Shown here piece by piece: positions 1 to 9,400 of a DNA stretch of 57,883 bases. The notes beneath the pieces were generated by a model, which was not told the DNA's origin, did no database searches, and was given only the letters and a program-made list of their open reading frames with translations. Within the stretch, counting starts at the first letter, position 1. Each line of letters starts with the position of its first letter. A program made the translations under genes and the position numbers. Where the stretch lies: positions 1-57,883 of the IMG/VR virus record IMGVR_UViG_3300048631_000350; one strand, written 5' to 3'. This stretch comes from a virus (lineage: Duplodnaviria; Caudoviricetes).

Positions 1-93
1 ACACCTCCGGACCATGGTACCATCGCGGGTTTTGGTATCCCGAACGGCGTGCCACCACCCTTGCCGATGTTTACCCGGAAGAATTGAGGAACT

Positions 94-132
94 ATGACGG
101 ACCTGTCCAAGCACACCCCGATGATGCGGTGA
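94..132 (+). pseudogene. mutS: Native mutS 5' stub ([12 protein letters not shown]) cut off by the prophage
   Basis: GAGGA RBS at 86-90, ATG at 94, DLSKHTPMM matches the MutS N-terminus, TGA just after the att core. Confidence 0.9.
106..127 (+). repeat. attL core TCCAAGCACACCCCGATGATGC
   Basis: Exact copy at 57762-57783; encodes SKHTPMM of MutS. Confidence 0.95.
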
Positions 133-241
133 TAATGTACGGATATACAGCGGAAAGCCTTGCAGGGCGCGTGGTTGAGAGATTTGGCAAAAGTGTTACT
201 TTATTTCAAAACACGCATACACACGGTATAACACGGGGGTG

Positions 242-264
242 TTTGCCCCAAAATTGCCCCAAGC
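242..264 (+). repeat. Putative integrase arm-type site (tandem TTGCCCCA), left arm
   Basis: TTTGCCCCAAAATTGCCCCAAGC matches 57688-57710 at 21/23. Confidence 0.75.
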
Positions 265-267
265 AGG

Positions 268-293
268 ATAAGGCCCCGAGGGGCCTATTTTAT
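268..293. terminator. Intrinsic terminator, possibly bidirectional
   Basis: AGGCCCC-GA-GGGGCCT hairpin with AT-rich flanks at the end of the leftmost gene. Confidence 0.6.
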
Positions 294-751
294 GCGTGCC
301 GGTAAAGATCTTCCCCCTTCGCCAGTGCTCGCATGCCCACGATAGCCAGTGCCGCAATCGAATCAAGGAACCCACTTTCGACACCGCTCCCACCTGTCCG
401 CCAGTTCGGACTACTGGCCGCGAACTTCATTGCTTCAAACGCTGCTGCTTCATTTGTCGCCTGAAGGGCCATAACCTCCTCGATCATGGACTTTCCGTTA
501 ATGTACTCAAGAGCCCACTGCCTGACCTGTGGGGGCAGTCTGGCTGGAAGCCAGTTATCCATCACCTGGAACTCTTCCCGGAAGATCCATCCAGTAAAGC
601 TCAGATCCTCCCTTTCGTGAATCGGACGGGCTACCGGCTTCAGATCAAAGGCCAGCGTGTCCCAATTCTGGTTGTGCTGACCGCGCGAAACCTCCCTTTT
701 TGGGGAATGGTTGCGGGACACGGTTGTGCTATCCTGTAGTTGCGTTTCCAT
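290..751 (-). CDS. Hypothetical phage protein
   Basis: Long ORF; GGAG RBS precedes METQ at 751 (track start 832 is an alternative). Confidence 0.6.
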   Translation of the reverse strand: METQLQDSTTVSRNHSPKREVSRGQHNQNWDTLAFDLKPVARPIHEREDLSFTGWIFREEFQVMDNWLPARLPPQVRQWALEYINGKSMIEEVMALQATNEAAAFEAMKFAASSPNWRTGGSGVESGFLDSIAALAIVGMRALAKGEDLYRHA

Positions 752-872
752 GACGTGCTCCATTTGCCTGTTGGCGCAGGCTTTTGGGTTAATCGTGGCC
801 ACCGACAAGTGTGCGGTGGTCACGGTTTTCACTCTCTATTGATAGTGCGCTTTTCTGGATTTGTTAACAGGA

Positions 873-1673
873 TCAGGCTGCCTCCCCTTCAAACTTCAGA
901 TGCACGTACTCGCCATCCCAGGTTTTCTTCATTGGTAGCTTACCCTGCAGATAGAGGTCGTACAGCTTCTGAGCGCCCTTCTTCAGCAATTTTGCCTCGT
1001 ACCGAATCAGGCTGTCCGATCCGTGTACGCCAATCTCTCGGCTGGTTTCGGTGAGGTACTTATCCCGGGCCTTGTGGTACACCCGCAAGCGCCGGTTGTT
1101 GCCTGATCGGCTTTCGTTATACAGCCAGCCCAGTTCGTCCATGACGAAGTTGCTCAGCTCGTGACAGTTCACGCCGTTCAGCATCTTCCCGAACGCAGCC
1201 AAAGTCATACCCTGTTGGAAAAAGTTTTCGAGCTTCTCGATTCGGTCTGACTGCTTCTCGATCTGCTCAGCTTGATCGGCGGCCAATCGCAGCGCCTCGG
1301 AAAGAGAGCCCGGTATTTTGACTGGCGAGAGATTGCCGGTGCGGTAATCCATGAACACCTGGTTCACCTTCAGCTGGAAAGAGGGGCTGATCCATCCGGC
1401 GTAGGAGATGGCTAGCAGTTCATGGGCAAAGGTTCCGGTCTTCCCTCTCCCTTTCACTGTCTCCAGAATTTTAATACCGGGAATCTCCGGTTCTAACTCT
1501 GCAGCCAAGTCTCGGGCCTGTTTTGTCCTTAGCCATTCATTTGGCTGCTTTGACTTTCCGGCACCACTGGCTGCGTGAATCGCATTCAGGTTAAACCTGC
1601 CCTGCTCATCCACAGCGATCTCAACGCCGGCCACCACCGGCAAGCCTGTTCTGATATCGGTCACGTTGTTCAT
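873..1673 (-). CDS. KilA-N domain antirepressor-like protein
   Basis: N-terminal DEQGRFNLNAIH...PNEWL...GTFAHELLAISYAGWISPSFQLKV is KilA-N; PGSLSEALRLAADQAE linker is typical of Ant proteins. Confidence 0.85.
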   Translation of the reverse strand: MNNVTDIRTGLPVVAGVEIAVDEQGRFNLNAIHAASGAGKSKQPNEWLRTKQARDLAAELEPEIPGIKILETVKGRGKTGTFAHELLAISYAGWISPSFQLKVNQVFMDYRTGNLSPVKIPGSLSEALRLAADQAEQIEKQSDRIEKLENFFQQGMTLAAFGKMLNGVNCHELSNFVMDELGWLYNESRSGNNRRLRVYHKARDKYLTETSREIGVHGSDSLIRYEAKLLKKGAQKLYDLYLQGKLPMKKTWDGEYVHLKFEGEAA

Positions 1674-1834
1674 GCGGCTTTCTCCTGCTCTTTGTAGCGC
1701 TCGAGCTTTTCCTCGACTGCAATCTGCAGCCAGGCGTTCAGGGACCGGCGCTCTGCTTTGGCGTGTTTTACAGCCTGCTCACGCAAATCAGATTCCAGTC
1801 GCAGCGGGTATGGCGTGCTTCGCCTATTCGTCAT
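1670..1834 (-). CDS. Arc-like ribbon-helix-helix repressor (54 aa, not in the ORF track)
   Basis: MTNRRSTPYPLRLESDLREQAVKHAKAERRSLNAWLQIAVEEKL...; AAGGAG RBS; ATGA overlap with the KilA-N gene. Confidence 0.8.
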   Translation of the reverse strand: MTNRRSTPYPLRLESDLREQAVKHAKAERRSLNAWLQIAVEEKLERYKEQEKAA

Positions 1835-1850
1835 GTCATGGCTCCTTATA

Positions 1851-1925
1851 GCGACTCGACACCATCAATCTAATATCACTAGGCAATGATGTCAACTCGA
1901 CACCATCGAATTTATGTCGAGTCGC
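1851..1925. promoter_or_regulatory. Divergent promoter/operator region of the arc/mnt-like pair
   Basis: Direct repeat ACTCGACACCATC (1854-1866, 1895-1907) and inverted repeat GCGACTCGACA/TGTCGAGTCGC (1851-1861, 1915-1925). Confidence 0.7.
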
Positions 1926-1940
1926 TGCTATCTTTATGAA

Positions 1941-2261
1941 ATGGCCGAAAAACAGTATCCAAGTGACAAGCAAGACAAGTTCATGCTCCGGTTTCCGGAG
2001 GGCATGCGCGAACGCATTCGCATTGCTGCCGAAAAAAATGGGCGCTCCATGAATGCGGAAATTGTGTCGAGGCTTGAGGAGAGTTTTCAGTCGGAGCAAA
2101 CACTTCAGCGCTACAATATGATGTCGGTTACTCTCGACGAGAAGCTGGAGAAGGTCAGGGAAGAAATTGATCAGATGGAAAGATCCAAGTCTGAGGCGTC
2201 AGAGCTTATCGAACAACTGCAAGCTATGACGACTAGAAAGGAAAGTCAGGAACAGTCATGA
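1941..2261 (+). CDS. Arc/Mnt-family DNA-binding protein with C-terminal coiled coil
   Basis: DKFMLRFPEGMRERIRIAAEKNGRSMNAEIVSRLE is the Arc signature. Confidence 0.9.
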   Translation: MAEKQYPSDKQDKFMLRFPEGMRERIRIAAEKNGRSMNAEIVSRLEESFQSEQTLQRYNMMSVTLDEKLEKVREEIDQMERSKSEASELIEQLQAMTTRKESQEQS

Positions 2262-2413
2262 GTTACAAGATTGCGCTTCTTTTGTCGGCTCTCCTGCTGT
2301 CACTCGCCGTTGTTGGGTATCAGTATTTGTCCCCCTACAACTCATGTGTGCGAGGGCTTATCAAAACAGATGTTCCCGAGCGTATTGCTTTGCTCAGATG
2401 TAAAGGGGCGTAA
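2258..2413 (+). CDS. Small membrane-anchored protein (51 aa, not in the ORF track)
   Basis: MSYKIALLLSALLLSLAVVGYQYLSPYNSC...; ATGA overlap with the upstream gene. Confidence 0.6.
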   Translation: MSYKIALLLSALLLSLAVVGYQYLSPYNSCVRGLIKTDVPERIALLRCKGA

Positions 2414-2461
2414 CCCCTTAGCACAGCATCCGGCGCGCTGGATGGTTCCGGATGCGCGGAT

Positions 2462-3013
2462 CTAGTACTTACTGGTTCGACACCGAACTGTGCCATAGAC
2501 AGTGTCCTGGCAAGTTGTGGTTGTGGTTCTGGACTCTTTGATGCTTTCGGTTATTTCATCAAATACTTCTGTAACTCGACTCTTTTCTCTCGTACCTCCA
2601 GACGGGGCAGCCAGAGACTTCTGGACATAGTCAGCCGTATAGCAATCAATCCCCCTCTCTTGAAGGCCCTGCTGCAGTATGGATCGAGAGATCTCCGCCG
2701 CAAAACCAACGCGTCCTGCTGGCTTTCCGTCGCGAACAGCGCGGTTATACCCGTCGCAGAATCCGGTCACACCATATTCTGAAAGAAGCACGTCAAAGCA
2801 TTCATTGCCGGCAAGCCACCGTCTATCCATTTCTCCCGGGATTGCTAAATCATTTAACCGGTCAATAGTGATATCAAAATCCCAGTACGTCCGGCAAAGC
2901 TCAACATCTGACAGCTCTCGCGCCTCATCAGCATCAAGTCGGATGGCCTGCTGCGGCATTGTACTGCACGCCGAAATCAATAGAGCCTAAACCCCCAAAC
3001 CTAACTTTCGCAT
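2462..3013 (-). pseudogene. Lipoprotein gene with an in-frame TAG in its signal peptide
   Basis: GAAGGGA RBS, then MRKLGLGV*ALLISAC-STM...; stop at codon 9 (2987-2989); the remaining 172 codons are open. Confidence 0.7.
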
Positions 3014-3146
3014 CGCTTAATCCCTTCTGCGTTAACGAGATGCAACAAATAGCACAAAAGGAGCTCGGAATCATACCCCGTTTCAGGGGATGCTTAGTCT
3101 GTCGCAAGGTGGTATGTTCGGGAAATATTATCGGTGAGGCGCCCTT

Positions 3147-3458
3147 ATGGAAGAATCTTTGAACCCGGACTTCTGGTGGAGTATTGGGCTTTCCGTAACG
3201 GTTGCTGTCGCGGCCGCTGCAAGAAAAAAGGTAAAGCACCCGGACGAATTCAGGCAGATGAGCTGGATGGATTGGTGTGGGCATTTCGCCCTGGCCGGGA
3301 TAGGCGTCATCTTCTTGGGCGGGTTTATCGGTATTGAGATGGTGATGGCAGCTGGCGTTTTCCTCGTCTGCGCCCTCTACCCGATAGCCATCCTTGGCCT
3401 CATCGGGCGCCTTGATCAGTTTATCGTCGAGGCCGCCAGGCTTTTCCGAAAGCGCTAA
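3147..3458 (+). CDS. Small multi-pass membrane protein (moron)
   Basis: Three hydrophobic segments; GAGG RBS; convergent with the late operon. Confidence 0.7.
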   Translation: MEESLNPDFWWSIGLSVTVAVAAAARKKVKHPDEFRQMSWMDWCGHFALAGIGVIFLGGFIGIEMVMAAGVFLVCALYPIAILGLIGRLDQFIVEAARLFRKR

Positions 3459-6400
3459 TCCTCACTCTCGTTATACCGTTTATTGAACTGGTCAATGGCC
3501 CGCTTCATCTGTTTCTCAATGTGCTGCAGGCGCTTGTCCGTTTCGGCGGCTGAAAGATCCATAGCCTCAACCCGGTCACGCTGGGCGCGCAGGAGCTTCA
3601 ATCGCTTCTCTACCGATTCCATGGTCCCTTTCAGGCGAATCTTGTCGCGGTACTCTTTGACGAATTCAACCCTCTCACGGCCGCGCAGATTATCGCGCTC
3701 GTCCGCCAGTTGGTTGATTTCGTCCCGGCGGTCATAGAACTTCGATTCATCATCAAAGCGCAACACCTTTCCGTGCAACTTCCGGTAGAACGGAATTTCC
3801 CGGTCCTCGAGCTCGACGCCTTGCGCCCATTTCAGTGCAGCGTTCGGGGCTCTGCTTGTAAAGAAGTTGTACGCACCGCCTCCGTAATAACCAACCAAAA
3901 AATGCATAACATCCGGGCTGAAGTCCATTGCTCCGCTGCGAAATGCGCTCCCGCCTGTCGCCTCGTTGATCGTCTCTGCCAGCGATTTGTACACTTCTGG
4001 CGTGCTGCGGAACGACAGCGCGCTGTCTGGTTTTGGAGTGGAGTAAGCCGGACTCCTTCGGTAAATTGGCCCTCCCATAAAGTTCTCGTTCATCATGATA
4101 CTCGCGCCAGGGCGCAAGATCGTAGGGGTGATGTTTTTGAAAAGGATGCCGTAGACTTCCTCGGATTGCTCGAAACCAATCGGCGAGAAGCTGCCCAGGC
4201 CTGCCAACACAATATTGCTGGCGATGTCGCCCGCCGGCTTATCGCTGGCCAGCATATGCTCCATGCCAGTACCGATCACCGGGAAAATGTTGTACCCATA
4301 CGGCAGCGGGATCGTCCAGTATTCCCCGGGCTCGCCGCCAACCAGGGATTTCATAATGACGATGTTCCGCTCTTTGACGTAATCGGGCACCTTGTCCCAC
4401 CAGTTCACGCCATCGTCATCATCGCCGGCCACCAGGCGATTCAGGGCTGACAGCATGAAGCCGCCAACCGCCATGCCGGCGGCAATCTTCTGAGCGGTGT
4501 TAAGGCGACGCCAGACCGGATCACCCTTCACGCCGTTCAGTCGGCCCAGAGTGCGCACGAAGTTGGCCGTACCCTGCACCGATGCGTTGGCGAACATATA
4601 CAGGGCGTTCATCATCGTGCCCAGCTCGCCCTTGCGGTTGAAGTTTACGGTCATGTTCTTGGCGAGGGAGGCGGCCTTGGCCCGGGGAATGCCAGCCTCG
4701 ATCGCATTCACGTAAGCGGACAGGCGAACGCCGTTCTCGATGGCCGAGTTGGTGTTTTCAACCCAGTCGGTAATGGCGTTGAAGCCGCGGCGCAGACCTC
4801 GCAGACTGAGCGTGCGCCCGCCCGCCATGGAAATCATGGTCTCCAGATCCTTCATCTGGCCATCCACGTCTTTCATGTCGAACCAGCCGGTCTTCGCACC
4901 ATCCTTCCTGAATTGGTCGAAATGCCGCTGCCAATCGCCAGCCCTTCCGTTCAGGGGCTTACCTTTCAGGCTGGCATTGATTGCCCGGATGGCTGTCGGC
5001 ACTGACTTCAGGGTTTTGGCGGCAATGCGCTCACCGCGAACCTTGCCATCGTCAGCAGACTGCTCGGAGGTCAGGTTGAGCAGCGCGGTCTGAATGTCCC
5101 GCGAGAAGTTAGAAATCACGAACTCGGGGTTATAGCTGGTGTTCAGCGAGGACATCAGCCGGGTAACCATGCTCAGCGAGCGCACCAACAGGCCGTTATT
5201 CTCAGGGCCGATGTTACGCATGGCATTCATCAACCGCTGATCCTGCAGTTTGATGTAGTAGGTTTCGCCGTTCACCTTCGTGGTGAAATACCGGTCACTC
5301 ATCATGGCCATGGGCACGGTCTGTTCTTCCACGCGCACCACGGTTTTCCCGGTCGTCGGATCAACCCGCTTGACCGCCTTGCGCTCTACCTCGGGATTTT
5401 CGGCCGTATAGACGCGCCAGTATCCATCGTTCGGATACGACTGCACCAGGCTCAGGAATGCATTGCCCACTTCGTTCTTACGCTGGCGCAGCACCGCCTC
5501 TGACAGATCGCTGATCGCGTTGGCGACGGGGGATGATGCCTTGCTCTTGCGGCCACCGGCCATCTGAGACTCTTTGCCAGCGATGGCGAAGCCCTTGCCG
5601 ATTTTTGGCATGGCCTCCTGCTTTTCGTCGGCAGCCCAGCCTTTGAGTGGCACGTAATGACGGTACGATGCTTCCCAGGCGCCCAGCGTTTCTTCGTCCA
5701 GTAGACCGGCGTCCTTCAGGATTTTCCGGCGACGCTCGAGCATTTGATAGACGGAATCCGCCAACTCCTGGAACTGGTCGAGCTTGCCAGACTTCTCAAC
5801 CTGATCGATAACCGCGGCTGCCTCGGCATTGGTCATGCCTGAGCCGCCATCCGGGAACTGATCGTTACGCTGGGCGATAACCCGGTTTCGCTCAGGAGCG
5901 TGCTTGGCGTACAGGAACTCGTCGAGCTGGGCCAGAGAAACGTCATATTCCGACATCTTCTCGGCCAGCGGCTGAATCATGTTTTCCTGAATCAGCCGAA
6001 TGTCGTTCTCCACTTTCCCGTGGAACAATTCTTCAGCCAGATAGGCATCGGCATCTTCTTGGATTTCGCCGAACCGGTCTGTGATGTTTTGCTGAACGCC
6101 TTTGAGGACGGTGAACTTGTCGGCAATCTTGCTGATCATCTTCCGCAGCAGCGTATCGCTGGGAGCGCCAAATGGTTCAGGGTCAAGATCAGGGACATCG
6201 TCGCGACTGAAGCGTGCGCCGGGAGGGACTACGCCTTGGCTGTCTTCCTGGCCATCATTTTGCTGATCATTGTCCGCGACGCTTGCCGCAGTGATCCGAT
6301 CTCGGATGGCGTCAAGTGATACGGCTTTTCTGAAATGCCCCGCTTCGCCTTGGGTGAGCGAGTCGATGCCGTAGCCGAATTCTTGGTGGAGGTATTCATC

Positions 6401-9400
6401 AAGCGGTTCTCCGTGTTTACGCCACAAATCCTGACGCATTTTCTCGGTAAGCGCAAGCTGTCCCTCTTTCTGGAATCCGGTCAGAGTCGTGGCGCCTACC
6501 ACGCTGCCGCCATTGGCCTCGATATGACCTCTCAAGCCGGCAAGAGTCCCGCCCATAGTCATGGTGTCGTCTACGACCAGGTAATCTTTACCGGCCTCAA
6601 CCGGGCCATCAAAAGCGGAATGGTTCGCCAAACGGTAGTCTGCGCCAGTTCCGGTTCGCTTCGCCCGAACCGATTGAACAATATCGCCGTAAACCTCAAG
6701 CCCAAGTTCATGGGCGATTTTTACAGCATAGGCTGCAGGAATCGCGTTGTGCCCGCTGGCTTCTTCGGCCATCACCGGCACAAGTGCTGGCTTGCGATCC
6801 CCGATCATTGCACGGATCCGCCCGATGGCTTCATCTGTCACCAGATCATCCACCAAATCCATTGCCGCATCGGCATCACCGGACTTTGCAGCCTTGTACT
6901 GAGGGTGCTTCTCAGCTGAACCAAGCGCAGAGGCAAAAGGCACCTTCGGGAAATCGGCAGGCCATGGCGCCCGATCACTGCCGGCCTTTCCGGCTTTGGA
7001 GAATTTTGACGCGACCACGGGCGCCCCCTCGGCGCTTGAATCTGTTTCGAATCCCCCATTCTCTACAGTGCGCCTGGCTCGACGCAACAGGTCCACAATA
7101 TCCTCGACCGTAAATTCAATGGTAAACCCGAGCTTGCGCAGCCCTCTGCGGATAATGGCAACAGCTCGCTCAACCAGTGTCTGCCCCCGGTTCTGTTCGG
7201 CCAGATGGGCAATCAGTTCCTCGGCGATTTCGTGGCGATGCTCTTTGTTGTTGGCATCAAAGGACCCATCCGGGAAGTACCGGCGGATAATGAAATCAGC
7301 GCGGGTTTTGCCGCCATGGGCAGCCCAGATCTGATTCAGTACTGGTTCCAGATCCTTACCAAGCATCTTGCGCAGGCCGTAATGGCCGACCACCTCATGC
7401 AGTAACACCTGCTCCATGCGCATCCGATCAGGAATGCGAGAGGCCAGGAGATACGCGGTGTCATTCCAGAAGACGCCGCGCATATTGTGCTCGGCGCCTT
7501 TGGCCAGAATGATTGCTTGCAGCGCTGGAGGAAACTGGCCGATGTCATTTCGAATAATTACATCTGGCGCGCCCTTCCAGCCCTTCATCAACTGGCCGCT
7601 GATCTGCCTGGCCTCATCAACCGTCAGGGCGTCGTCCATGAACCCTGGCGTTCGGCGGTAGCTTTCGCGGGATAGCATCGCCTGTTTCCCGGACTCATCG
7701 GTGCCTTGATCGTTGGCCGCAGAATCCTGCGCAACCGCCTTGCCCTTGGCCTCGGTAAGCGTCTCCCCGGATGCGTAATTATCGCCCTTGTCTCGGGCTG
7801 CATCATTGGCGAACACGGCGAACAACTTGGTTCTGATGCCGCCATTGGTAAACGACAGGTCGGCAATGATCTGGCCGTCATCAGAGCGCCATAACCGCTT
7901 GCCATCTTTCTTCCAGCTTAGGGATGGTGCGTCAGAGTTCTCGGTTTGCTCTGAGGCACGCCCTTCGCCCTGTCCCTCTCTGAACGCCGCTTCTCGGTCG
8001 GATTGCGGGAAGATGGCCTTCATTTCCGGGCCGTAAATCTCGCGTCCGGTCGCTTCTTTTACCCGTTTCATAACGCCAAGGTTGCGATTCCCTACGGCGC
8101 CATAGTCCACATCCGGATACTCTCGGCCAATCTGGCGCCACACTTCAGCAAGCGCTTTCCGGTCTTCGGTGGCGGCGCCCTGGTTAACGGGTGCGTTATC
8201 TGGCACTTTGGCGGCTGCTTTCTTCCGCGCCTTCGTGGCCGGGATCGCCTTCGCCTTCTCGGGCTGCAACGGCTTTTTCGTATCACCGTTTTTCAGCCAG
8301 TCTTTGAACTCGTCCATGGAAAGGCGTTTGACGGGGCCGACTTTCCAGCCCTTGTCGTAATTGTCGCGATACCCTTTCCTGGCCTCTGCCTGATTCTTGA
8401 AGCCAAGCAGCACCTTGTGTTCGTCAAAGGTGCCGTCAGCGTTCTGCTGATCAACAACGAACACCCGGTCACTTTCTGGGTCGGGGCCAATGAACACGTC
8501 CACGTGATCGCCATCTGCACCCTCGGTTCGGTTCAGGTAACCATAATGGTGGGCCATGGTGTTTTCCCACCGATTGCCATTCGGGTCAGTTCCGGACCGC
8601 GTGGAGCCTTTCGGGTTCTCAATGGCAATATCAAGCCCATGGACTTTAACGCGCCCCTTCTTGTAGTTCCCCGCCTCTTTCTGCGCCTCGGTTGGCTCAA
8701 TATTGGTATCAGACGCCGCCACATCCACCGCCTCGGCAGGAGTCAGTTCTTGCGGCTGCACAGCCTCCGGAGTTGCGACAACGGGCGCGGCCTCAGTCTG
8801 CATCTGGGGGGTAGATTCTGCGGTTTGCTGATTGATGCTGGCAAGATGCTCCGAGATCGGTACCGCCTCGTACTTCGACTCATTCAGGGCTGCAACCGTA
8901 TTCCGCTCAAATGTCTCAGCGATTACTTCCCCGGTTTCCTTATTCCGGATAACCCAGCTGGCCTGCTTTCCTGTCGCATCTGTGGATTCTGGAACAGCGG
9001 GCTCCTGAGCAGGCTCCGGCGCCACGCTCTCGTCAGCAACTACTTCCTCTGCAGTCGGGGCCGGCTCCGAAAGGAAATCCTCGGCACTTTGCACGACCTG
9101 AGAATCTGAGCCTTGCGCTTCCGGGGCTGTCGATTCCTGTTCGACAATCTCACCTTCCGGGCGCGTGCCATCCCTAAAGATATTGGTTTGATTATCGGCC
9201 CACTCAGGGCGCCCCGGGTAATCCGTCGAGGGAGCGTTGTCGTCAGATGGCAGTACATCACCTTCTGACTCGGATGCTGCAGCTGGCTCGTCTACCACCT
9301 CATCATTGAGGATGGGCGGCGCGACTTCATCCGGAGCGGCCTCACCCTGGCGACGATTACGGACCTCGTTCACGGCTGCACCAGCCGTGCCGGCGGTTGT

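Noticed and set aside
135-150. ATGTACGGATATACAG resembling a LexA box
   Set aside because: Mismatch at the conserved first C and no clear downstream gene
242-264. TTTGCCCCA repeat as the att core
   Set aside because: Imperfect and internal to the exact 22-bp duplication that reconstitutes mutS
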